A stretch of 64,000 bases of DNA, taken from contig DUEE01000023.1 of NCBI GenBank assembly GCA_011170285.1, positions 7,283 to 71,282 of the forward strand, in the 5' to 3' direction. Below the pieces are notes generated by a model that was not told the DNA's origin, searched no databases, and worked only from the letters and a program-made list of their open reading frames with translations. This stretch comes from Dehalococcoidia bacterium (GTDB lineage: Bacteria > Chloroflexota > Dehalococcoidia > Dehalococcoidales > W498). A program made the position numbers and the translations under genes. Below, in pieces: positions 14,165-22,496 of this stretch. Position 1 is the stretch's first letter, and each line of letters opens with the position of its first letter.

Positions 14165-14809
14165 ATGAAGATCACCATCGTTTATGACAATGAAGTAAAG
14201 AAGGAGGGATTAAGAGCCGGATGGGGATTCTCGGCTCTTGTCGAGAGAGAAAAATTGCCCACGATTTTATTTGACACTGGTGCCGATAGCCCTACCCTGT
14301 TACACAATATGAAGCAACTAGATATAGATCCCAAGATTATAGACATAATCGTAATATCGCATCTTCACGGAGACCACACTGGAGGGCTGGCTGATATTCT
14401 TAAACAAAATGAAACTGCTGAGCTCTATATTCCCAGCACCTTTAACAGAACGTTTCCAGGGAGAAAGGTAACCTCTGTCGGCAAAGACCCGGTTCAAGTT
14501 TGCCAGGATGCCTTCTCTACTGGTGAGCTTGAAGACATAGAACAGTCTTTGGCGCTCAAAATAGATAAAGGAATATTTGTGCTAGCCGGTTGCTCTCACC
14601 CGGCAATGAGGGGCATATTAGGAGCTGCCTCAAAGTTTGGTAAGCTATATGGCATCGCTGGCGGCTTTCATGGGTTTCATGACTTCAAGGTTTTTGAGGA
14701 CTTATCACTAATTTACCCTTGTCATTGCACCCAATATAAGAAGAAGATAATAGAGTTATTTAAGGGTAAAGCTTTAGAATGTGGAGCTGGATTAATAATT
14801 GAGGTCTAG
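14165..14809 (+). CDS. MBL-fold metallo-hydrolase (COG1237-like)
   Basis: 214 aa with WGFSALVE...LFDTG and the metal motif ISHLHGDHTGG. Confidence 0.75.
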   Translation: MKITIVYDNEVKKEGLRAGWGFSALVEREKLPTILFDTGADSPTLLHNMKQLDIDPKIIDIIVISHLHGDHTGGLADILKQNETAELYIPSTFNRTFPGRKVTSVGKDPVQVCQDAFSTGELEDIEQSLALKIDKGIFVLAGCSHPAMRGILGAASKFGKLYGIAGGFHGFHDFKVFEDLSLIYPCHCTQYKKKIIELFKGKALECGAGLIIEV

Positions 14810-14810
14810 C

Positions 14811-15491
14811 CTATGAACTTCCATAATCTCTTTCACCGAATATCTTGGTGCCTATTCTTACTATATTGGCTCCTTCCTCTATAGCAATTTTATATGAGTT
14901 TGTCATTCCCATTGAAAGATACCTCATCTCCACATTAGGCAGATTGATTTGTTTAATCTTGTCAAATATCATTCTTGTCGCTATAAAATAAGGTCTTGCC
15001 TCCTCCGGGTTTCCAAAACGAGGCCCCATGGTCATAAGTCCCATTAGTTTGATGTTGCTGAGGCCAGAGACTCCCCTTATTAACTGTTCCGCATCTTCTG
15101 GGAATATACCTGATTTTTGTTTTTCCCGACCGCTATTTATTTCAATTAGAATCGGCATTATTTTGCCAATCTGAGTGCATTTCTTATCAATTTCCCTGGC
15201 TATTTCCATAGAATCAACAGTTTCTATCATGTCAAACATTTGCACTATCTTTTTTCTTACATTATGCTTCTGAAGAGTTCCAATGAAATGCCATTTGGCT
15301 CTTTTGCCTACCACTTCATAGGCTCTTCTTGCTTCTTGGACATAATTTTCCCCGATGATTTTTACTCCTGTCTGAACCGCCTCTAGTATCTCCTCAGGAG
15401 TTCTTGTTTTTGCCGCTGCTACCAATGCAACTCCGTCAGGTAATTCAGCCAGTATCCGTTGAATGTTTTGTTTAGTTATTTCTGTCAGCAT
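14811..15491 (-). CDS. yggS: YggS-family pyridoxal-phosphate homeostasis protein
   Basis: 226 aa with LVAAAKTRT, WHFIGTLQ.NK, LSMGMT and IVRIGTKIFG. Confidence 0.9.
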   Translation of the reverse strand: MLTEITKQNIQRILAELPDGVALVAAAKTRTPEEILEAVQTGVKIIGENYVQEARRAYEVVGKRAKWHFIGTLQKHNVRKKIVQMFDMIETVDSMEIAREIDKKCTQIGKIMPILIEINSGREKQKSGIFPEDAEQLIRGVSGLSNIKLMGLMTMGPRFGNPEEARPYFIATRMIFDKIKQINLPNVEMRYLSMGMTNSYKIAIEEGANIVRIGTKIFGERDYGSS

Positions 15492-15577
15492 TTATGTTAA
15501 CTTATTATGGCGATTATGGGCACATCTTTTAACTATAGCCCATTGTAATATCAACCAGCTTCCCTTCAAATAGTGGA

Positions 15578-16354
15578 CTACGGTGTTCTAAGTATAATCC
15601 CAATAGGACAATGGTCAGAACCCGACACCTCAGGCATTATGAATGCCTTTGAAACTGACCCCAATAGATTTTCGGTCACGAAAAAGTAGTCAATTCTCCA
15701 GCCCACATTTCTGTCCCTTGCCCTTGATTTCATATCCCACCAGGTATATTGATTTGGTTCCTTGTTGAAGTGACGGAAGGTATCTATATAGCCATGAGTA
15801 ACAAATTTGTCCATCCAGGCTCTCTCAATGGGCAGAAATCCTGATATATTTTTATTCTCTTTTGGTCTAGCCAGGTCTATTTCCTTATGAGCCGTATTGA
15901 AGTCGCCACAGATGATTAGCTTTTCGCCTTTTTGCCTAAGAGGTTCTACAAAATCCAGGAAAGTGTCATAGAAATCCATCTTGTATTTCAATCGGCTCTC
16001 ACCTTTTTGCCCATTGGGGAAATATACATTAAACAGAATGAATTGAAGATAGTCCGAAATTATAACTCTTCCCTCAATATCCAAATCTTGAACACCAAAA
16101 TCATTCTGAAATCTAAGCGGCTTTTCTCTGGTGAAAGTGGCAACTCCACTATAGCCTTTCCTTTCGGGATAGTTCCAGTGGGCATGATAGCCATATGGTT
16201 CCCGTAAGTCTCGGTCAAGCTGCTCAGGGTGGGCTTTTGTTTCCTGAAGGCATAGGATATCCATGGACTCTCGGTATAGCCATTCTAGTAAGCCATGCCT
16301 CTGTGCGGCTCTAATTCCGTTAACATTCCAGCACAATATCTTCGTTTCTTTCAT
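15578..16354 (-). CDS. xth: exodeoxyribonuclease III
   Basis: 258 aa with ILCWNVNGIRA, DILCLQETK, GDFNTAH and the C-terminal SDHCP. Confidence 0.93.
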   Translation of the reverse strand: MKETKILCWNVNGIRAAQRHGLLEWLYRESMDILCLQETKAHPEQLDRDLREPYGYHAHWNYPERKGYSGVATFTREKPLRFQNDFGVQDLDIEGRVIISDYLQFILFNVYFPNGQKGESRLKYKMDFYDTFLDFVEPLRQKGEKLIICGDFNTAHKEIDLARPKENKNISGFLPIERAWMDKFVTHGYIDTFRHFNKEPNQYTWWDMKSRARDRNVGWRIDYFFVTENLLGSVSKAFIMPEVSGSDHCPIGIILRTP

Positions 16355-16707
16355 GTTGAGTCCTTGCTGACCTGCTTCTCCTATCTCTGGTTGGGGGGAG
16401 GCGGTTTAACCGCCGACCACCTGAACTCCATCCATCTTGGGTAAAAGACGGCGACCGCTTGCCTCCTTGTCTTAAGGTAAATTATAGGCGAAGTTGTAGC
16501 AGATTTCAAAGGCTTGCAGGCTCTACGCCATCCCATAAACAATCTATAAAGTCAACCGAGAAGAAATCTAATCGTGATTCACCTAACAGATAAATAGAGT
16601 GTCTAGCCTTTGTAAAATGACCATCGTTTATTATCAGTCGTATGTACCAATTATAAACGAGTTAACCGAATCTCTCAGGCTCATCTTGTATTGGAAGAGA
16701 ATAGGGG

Positions 16708-16736
16708 TTGACAAATGGCACATATATTACTATAAT
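16708..16736 (+). promoter_or_regulatory. consensus sigma-70 promoter upstream of the XRE gene
   Basis: TTGACA (16708-16713), 17-nt spacer, TATAAT (16731-16736). It sits about 50 nt upstream of the ATG at 16786. Confidence 0.6.
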
Positions 16737-16785
16737 ATATCCAATTGACATTATTGAGGGGCTACTATATTGAGGGGGTACTATT

Positions 16786-17013
16786 ATGATAGTAAAAACG
16801 AAGATTTTTGCATTGTACGATGGGAAATACAAGAACTTATCTGATTTAGCTCAAGCTATGGGAATATCGGTAAGCCAAGTTTACCGCGTGCGAGAAGGCA
16901 AGCGCAATATCAATCAAAAATTCCTCGTCGGGGCAATAAATGCCTTCCCCGGATACAAACTTGATGACCTTTTTTATCTTGCCCCTGAGTTGCCAACTGT
17001 TACTAATAACTAG
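16786..17013 (+). CDS. XRE-family helix-turn-helix protein
   Basis: 75 aa with the HTH LSDLAQAMGISVSQVYRVREGKRNI. A consensus promoter lies upstream. Confidence 0.7.
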   Translation: MIVKTKIFALYDGKYKNLSDLAQAMGISVSQVYRVREGKRNINQKFLVGAINAFPGYKLDDLFYLAPELPTVTNN

Positions 17014-17140
17014 CAGGATTTAACAGATAAGCAAACTGCAAAAGAAAAAATAAAGCAAGCAGCCAGTGTTGACAAGGATTATCTCCGCCATTGAGGAATA
17101 TAACCAGCACTTTGCCGAAATGCAGTAGTGCCATCATAAA

Positions 17141-17449
17141 CTTATCACTGGTACTGGAAAGGCTCACCTCTCAATAGCCCTGAGAATCAAGGCTTGTGCT
17201 CAGAGAAAGAGAGTGCTCTTCACCTCAGCGAGGTGATTACTCGACCAGATGGTTGCTGCCACCGTCTCTCATACTTTTGAGAAGAGAATGATAATCTTAA
17301 CTACCAATAAGCCCTTTTAACCATCGGATAGATATGTTTGGCGATGATGTTATCACCTCAGTTATCCTTAACCCCCCCACTATTACCACATCATACCTTC
17401 TGGTGGTTCTAGCTACCACATCAAGGATAAACTGGAGAGTCAAAAATAG
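17141..17449 (+). pseudogene. degraded IS21-family IstB (ATPase helper) remnant
   Basis: Fragments read in shifting frames with stops: LITGTGKAHLSIALRIKACAQRKRVLFTSAR* (Walker A region), EKRMIILTTNKPF*, DMFGDDVITSVIL and HIIPSGGSSYHIKDKLESQK* (IstB C-terminus). The Walker B region is deleted. Confidence 0.6.
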
Positions 17450-17563
17450 GTGAGGTTGAATAAATGCCTGAAGTGTATTTTTACCCGGGGTGGGTCAATT
17501 TTTAAGCGGTAATCTACAGACCGTAATACACCAGCCTTCTGAATATCAGTTAGGAGGTGCGAG

Positions 17564-19558
17564 ATGAAAAGAGACCAAGATAAGACAAAAGAGCAACTTA
17601 TAAATGAACTGGAGGAAATGCAAAAGCGAGCTGTTCAATTGGAAACACATGAATCAGAGTATAAGCGTTTGATGGAAACACTGGGAGAGAGTGAAGAAAA
17701 ATACAGAGCGCTGGTTGAAGACACTCTCATTGGCATAATGAATGTGGATATCACCGGTAAAATCACCTATGTTAACCAAACTATCCTGCAGGGCACAGGC
17801 TATTCATTAGAGGAGATGATTGACAAGAATGTGTTCAGGCTTGGTCTATTTTCTGGTGAAACCATAAGGGTCTTAAGAAAGCGAATGAAAGAAAGGCTGA
17901 TGGGACAACCGCCCGGACTTCTGGAGATACAATTCAAGCGAAAGGATGGAGAATGGATATGGCTGCACATAAGGGGTAGGGTGCTCTGGAAACACAATAT
18001 ACCTGTCGGCATCCAAATCATCGGAGATGACATCACCGAGCGCAGACAGGCTGAAGAGAAACTGTGGAAAAGTGAGGAGCGTTTCAGGACGATCTACGAA
18101 AATGCGCCGGTGCTGATCGACGCGTTCGATAAGAATGGGCGTTGCGTGCTTTGGAACAAGCAATGCCACGAGATCTTCGGCTGGACTATTGACGAGATCA
18201 ACGCACACGACGATGCGCTGGCGCTGTTCTATCCTAATCCTGCCGTGCGCGAGGAGGTAAAACAGACAGTCACTACCAAGCCGGACGGGCGTTTCAGGGA
18301 ATGGCATCCGGTAACAAAAGCCGGGAAGACGCTCACCACTATGTGGGCGAACTTCCGTCTTCCCGATGGCATGGCGTTCAACCTAGGATATGACATCACC
18401 ATGCGCAAGCAGGCGGAGGAGAAACAAATGAGAACCGAGAAATTAGAATCAATCGGTACCCTTGCCGGTGGTATCGCCCACGATTTTAACAATATTCTAA
18501 CCGGTATTATGGGCAATATTGGTCTAGCTAAGAGATATGTAGAACCAAAAAGCAAGGCCGAGGAAAGGTTGCTGGAAGCAGAGAAGGCATCCTTGCGGGC
18601 AAGAGATTTGACCCAGCAACTGCTGACCTTTGCCAGAGGTGGAGCACCGATTAAGCAAATTGCTTCTATTACAGAATTGTTAGAAGAGTCAGCTACCTTC
18701 GCCCTTAGAGGTTCCAATATCAGGTGCGAGTTTTCCCTAGCGGATAACCTCTGGTCAGTAGAAGTTGATGAAGGACAGATGAACCAGGTCATAACTAACC
18801 TGGTTATCAATGCTGACGAGGCTATGCCTGAAGAGGGAATACTCAACATAGGAGCTAGGAATAGTGTCGTTAAAACAAGCAGTACTTTACCACTGCCTGA
18901 AGGAAACTATGTGGAGATAACCATAGAAGACCACGGGATTGGCATATCAAGAGAACATCTCAGTAAGATATTTGACCCCTATTTCACCACCAAGCAGAAA
19001 GGAAGCGGACTGGGGTTGAGCACTGCTTACTCTATAGTCAAGAACCATGAAGGCTACATCACCGCCAAGTCCAAGCTGGGGGTCGGTACAACCTTCCACA
19101 TCTATCTTCCCGCTTCTGAAAAACCAATCCCAGTAGAGAAGGAAGAAGTAGCCGAAACCGCTGCTGCTGGTAAAGGCAGGATATTGGTTATGGATGATGA
19201 AGAGATTGTCAGAGCACTTCTCCATGATGAGCTGACCGATTTCGGATATGAGGTAGAACTGACTGATTATGGAGCGGAAGCCGTTGAGCGTTACAAAGAA
19301 GCTAAAAAGTCAGAAAAACCTTTTGACGCTGTTATTCTTGACCTAACCGTTCCTGGTGGGATGGGAGGTAAGGAGGTCATTAAGAAGCTGCTCGAAATAG
19401 ACCCCGATGTTAAGGCAATTGTTTCCAGCGGCTACTCCACCGACCCCATAATGTCTGACTTCAGGGAATATGGTTTCAGCGCTGTTGTTGCCAAACCCTA
19501 CACAATGGAACAGTTGGAAAGGACATTGCGTAGCATATTATTGGAGACAGGTGAGTAA
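17564..19558 (+). CDS. hybrid sensor histidine kinase/response regulator with two PAS domains
   Basis: 664 aa. N-terminal coiled coil, two PAS domains, an H-box LAGGIAHDFNN, HATPase motifs (NLVINADEAM, DHGIGI, GSGLGL) and a C-terminal receiver (ILVMDDE...DLTVPGGMGG...KP). Confidence 0.9.
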   Translation: MKRDQDKTKEQLINELEEMQKRAVQLETHESEYKRLMETLGESEEKYRALVEDTLIGIMNVDITGKITYVNQTILQGTGYSLEEMIDKNVFRLGLFSGETIRVLRKRMKERLMGQPPGLLEIQFKRKDGEWIWLHIRGRVLWKHNIPVGIQIIGDDITERRQAEEKLWKSEERFRTIYENAPVLIDAFDKNGRCVLWNKQCHEIFGWTIDEINAHDDALALFYPNPAVREEVKQTVTTKPDGRFREWHPVTKAGKTLTTMWANFRLPDGMAFNLGYDITMRKQAEEKQMRTEKLESIGTLAGGIAHDFNNILTGIMGNIGLAKRYVEPKSKAEERLLEAEKASLRARDLTQQLLTFARGGAPIKQIASITELLEESATFALRGSNIRCEFSLADNLWSVEVDEGQMNQVITNLVINADEAMPEEGILNIGARNSVVKTSSTLPLPEGNYVEITIEDHGIGISREHLSKIFDPYFTTKQKGSGLGLSTAYSIVKNHEGYITAKSKLGVGTTFHIYLPASEKPIPVEKEEVAETAAAGKGRILVMDDEEIVRALLHDELTDFGYEVELTDYGAEAVERYKEAKKSEKPFDAVILDLTVPGGMGGKEVIKKLLEIDPDVKAIVSSGYSTDPIMSDFREYGFSAVVAKPYTMEQLERTLRSILLETGE

Positions 19559-19748
19559 TAGGCTTGAAGATATGAAAATCACGAGCTTGCTTTAACAAAT
19601 CACAATGCTTGGTAGCGACAGAAGCTCGAAATGTTACCTATAATAGAACAACCTGGCGGACCACTATCTCTAACTAACATCCAAAGTCACAAGTCTTAGT
19701 TCACTCGCGGGTAGTTACGAGCCCTACTTTTTGTCTAATGGGAGGCAC

Positions 19749-19777
19749 TTGACAAGTATTTTGCAATGTGATATTAT
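19749..19777 (+). promoter_or_regulatory. putative sigma-70 promoter for the MarR-ABC operon
   Basis: TTGACA (19749-19754), 17-nt spacer ending in TGa, TATTAT (19772-19777). This is an extended -10. Confidence 0.55.
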
Positions 19778-19815
19778 TCCATAATGAAACTATTGAGAAA
19801 GGCAACTTTAGGTAA

Positions 19816-20313
19816 ATGGAACAGACCGTCTACGATAATCAAATAAGCACGATTGTCCACGGCTTCATACAGGTGTGGAATAAGTTTGAGGCTACTCTCT
19901 CCAAGGAGCTAGCTCAAATACAGGAAAATATCCGTGGTGTAGATTCTGGTAGAGAATCTCACCGCACTGCTAATTACGAACTGTTCTATCGTGTGAGCAG
20001 CACCATTTACCTTAAAGATAGTCTTACCATGGGGGAACTGAGCAATAATTTGTCGGTACCACTCAGCACAGCAACGCGCATAGTGGACTGGTTAGTGGAC
20101 AACGGATACATGGAAAGATTACCTGACCCTGAGGACAGGCGAATAGTCAGGGTAACTCTAACTGGTGTTGGTCGAGAGCTCCACAAAACCATGGATAACT
20201 ATGTTCGGCAGCGAGTTCAGAATATTTTGTCCTGCCTTTCTGAGGAGGACCGGTCGATGTTGATTGGACTAATCAATAAAGTAGTCTCTGCTTTGAGAGA
20301 AGCAACTAGGTAA
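19816..20313 (+). CDS. MarR-family transcriptional regulator
   Basis: 165 aa with a winged helix: LTMGELSNNLSVPLSTATRIVDWLVDNGYMERLPDPEDRRIVRVTLT. Confidence 0.85.
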   Translation: MEQTVYDNQISTIVHGFIQVWNKFEATLSKELAQIQENIRGVDSGRESHRTANYELFYRVSSTIYLKDSLTMGELSNNLSVPLSTATRIVDWLVDNGYMERLPDPEDRRIVRVTLTGVGRELHKTMDNYVRQRVQNILSCLSEEDRSMLIGLINKVVSALREATR

Positions 20314-20393
20314 ATTTTTTTGAGAACATATTTCCATTTTGTAATAATGCTATGAATGAACTTTTTCTTTATGGAATGAAATAGAGAACTAGT

Positions 20394-21638
20394 ATGGGGA
20401 ATGTGAAGCTGGCTTTATTTTTGGCTTACAAGTCTATAATCAAAGGAAATCGATGGGCACTGACCTTGATTATCCTGGTGATGTCCCTCAGTTTTGCTAA
20501 CTTGCTTCTTACGCCTTCTATCTTGTCTGGTGTAACCAATACCTTAGATGAGCAACAGGTCAATACCCTATATGCCAACATAGTTATTGACCCGAGTGAA
20601 GATAAGTACTATCTTGACCGCTCTTCACTAATAGAGGAGAAGGTGGAGCATATTCCCGGAATAGTCGGCGTTTCGGCCCACTTGGATACCAGCGCCTGCA
20701 TCGAGTATGAGTGGCTCGAAAAGGAATCATCATCAGACAAGGGTAAAGGCGGCACCTGGTCTATAGTTGGCATTGACCCCTTACGAGAAGTCAATGTTAC
20801 CACGATTCATGAGCACATTATTCAGGGTAGTTATCTTGACCCCGGTGACCGCGACGAGATTGTGTTGGGCGTAGAGGTTGCCGGAGGTGACCGGGCAGAA
20901 ACGGCATCATTCCTCACCCTACAAGGAGCACAGGTTGGCGACAAGGTGCGGCTGACCTATCCCAACGGTGTACAACGAGAGTACCACGTGAAGGGAATTT
21001 TCCAAGCTCGGGAGATGACGAGGGCAGATCGTTTAGCATTTGTCACCAGAAAAGAAATGGCTTCAGTCTTGGGCAGGACAATTTTTACAGACCGCGCCAG
21101 CCAGATCCTGGTCAGGATAGAGCAGCCGGGTGAAGAAAATCGGTTCATTAAAGAATTTGAGGCTCTGGGCATTGATGGTGAAATCAGAAGCTGGCGGGAA
21201 TACGGTGGTGCCACCAGCGGTATAGTGTCAAGTTTTGATGTAATTGCTTCCCTCATTAATAGTATTGGGTTGGTAGTGGCTGCCGTTGTCATGTTTATCG
21301 TGATTTACATCAATGTCATAAACAAGAAACGGCAGATCGGCATACTTAGAGCTATTGGTATTAAGAGAAATGTCGTCCTTTGTTCCTACCTTATTCAGGC
21401 ATTATTCTACGCTGCCTTTGGTGTTATCTTCGGTGGACTGGTATTCGGCTACGGGATTCAGCCATATTTTGCTCTTCACCCTCTTACCCTGCCTATAGGA
21501 CTGGTGAGTTTTGCCGTCAAGCCAGCAACGATACAGATTGCAGTGTTGGGGCTGCTTTTAGCGGCGGCCTTTGCCGGATTTATTCCTGTGCTGAGTATTA
21601 CCAGGCAGAGCATTATTAAAGCTATCTGGGGGAATTAG
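20394..21638 (+). CDS. ABC transporter permease, FtsX/MacB type
   Basis: 414 aa. One N-terminal TM helix, a large extracytoplasmic domain and a C-terminal FtsX-type helix bundle (IGILRAIG). Confidence 0.85.
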   Translation: MGNVKLALFLAYKSIIKGNRWALTLIILVMSLSFANLLLTPSILSGVTNTLDEQQVNTLYANIVIDPSEDKYYLDRSSLIEEKVEHIPGIVGVSAHLDTSACIEYEWLEKESSSDKGKGGTWSIVGIDPLREVNVTTIHEHIIQGSYLDPGDRDEIVLGVEVAGGDRAETASFLTLQGAQVGDKVRLTYPNGVQREYHVKGIFQAREMTRADRLAFVTRKEMASVLGRTIFTDRASQILVRIEQPGEENRFIKEFEALGIDGEIRSWREYGGATSGIVSSFDVIASLINSIGLVVAAVVMFIVIYINVINKKRQIGILRAIGIKRNVVLCSYLIQALFYAAFGVIFGGLVFGYGIQPYFALHPLTLPIGLVSFAVKPATIQIAVLGLLLAAAFAGFIPVLSITRQSIIKAIWGN

Positions 21639-21643
21639 CGTGT

Positions 21644-22348
21644 ATGATTAAAGTTAAAAACTTACGAAAGGTTTATGGGCATGGTCTCACAGCAACTCAG
21701 GCACTGAGAGGCGTCGATATAGAAGTTAAGCCAGGCGAATTTGTAGCTGTTATGGGCAGGAGTGGCTCCGGTAAGTCCACTCTGCTGCATATGTTAGGGC
21801 TTCTAGATATCCCAACAGATGGGGAAATCCTGATTGAGAATAGAAATGTATTGAGGCTCTCCGATGGCAAAAAAGCGAACTTCAGGTTGGAAAAGTTGGG
21901 ATATGTTTTTCAGGAATACTCGCTCCTTCCCGAGATGACTGTCTTGGAGAATGTTTATGTGCCAGCCCTTTGTCTGGGTAAGGAAAACAGCCACAAAAAA
22001 CGAGCGGCAGAATTGCTAGAAACAGTCGGCTTAGGAGAGCGATTGAATCACTATCCGAATGAGGTATCTGGCGGTGAGCAGCAGAGAGCAGCTATTGCCC
22101 GGGCTCTCATTAATCAACCAAAGATTCTATTCGCAGATGAACCGACAGCGAACTTAGACTTCGCCTCAGCTAAGCTCATCCTTGAGCTATTCAGGAAGCT
22201 AAATAGGGAGCTTGGGCAGACGATTGTTATGGTGACACATGAGCCCGAGGATGAGAAATATGTAGACAGGGTAATCTGGCTGAAAGACGGGCTCGTTGAG
22301 CAGTGGAGCACGCCACTTCCCATCAGCAAAGTGGGCATAAGCAATTAA
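21644..22348 (+). CDS. ABC transporter ATP-binding protein (MacB/LolD-like)
   Basis: 234 aa with Walker A GRSGSGKST, signature SGGEQQR and Walker B ILFADEPT. Confidence 0.93.
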   Translation: MIKVKNLRKVYGHGLTATQALRGVDIEVKPGEFVAVMGRSGSGKSTLLHMLGLLDIPTDGEILIENRNVLRLSDGKKANFRLEKLGYVFQEYSLLPEMTVLENVYVPALCLGKENSHKKRAAELLETVGLGERLNHYPNEVSGGEQQRAAIARALINQPKILFADEPTANLDFASAKLILELFRKLNRELGQTIVMVTHEPEDEKYVDRVIWLKDGLVEQWSTPLPISKVGISN

Positions 22349-22496
22349 ACCTGGCAAGGAGTGGTTAGCAGTGAATGTTGAGGCGTCTTGCAACATTTCG
22401 GCGACAGCGCACAAGATTGAGTCCTATGTCCTTCTCCGAGTCTCTACTGGCTCTGAAAACTAATGGGTGACCAGCTCAACATCCTTTTTGGCTATC

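Noticed and set aside
16715-16731. TGGCACATATATTAC, resembling a -24/-12 promoter
   Set aside because: The invariant GC of the -12 element is AC here, and the site sits inside a perfect sigma-70 promoter spacer. It is most likely coincidental.
17873-18849. Two long minus-strand ORFs (144 and 206 aa) inside the hybrid kinase
   Set aside because: They are antisense to a kinase with clear PAS and H-box motifs. Their length is explained by the locally GC-rich, stop-poor composition.
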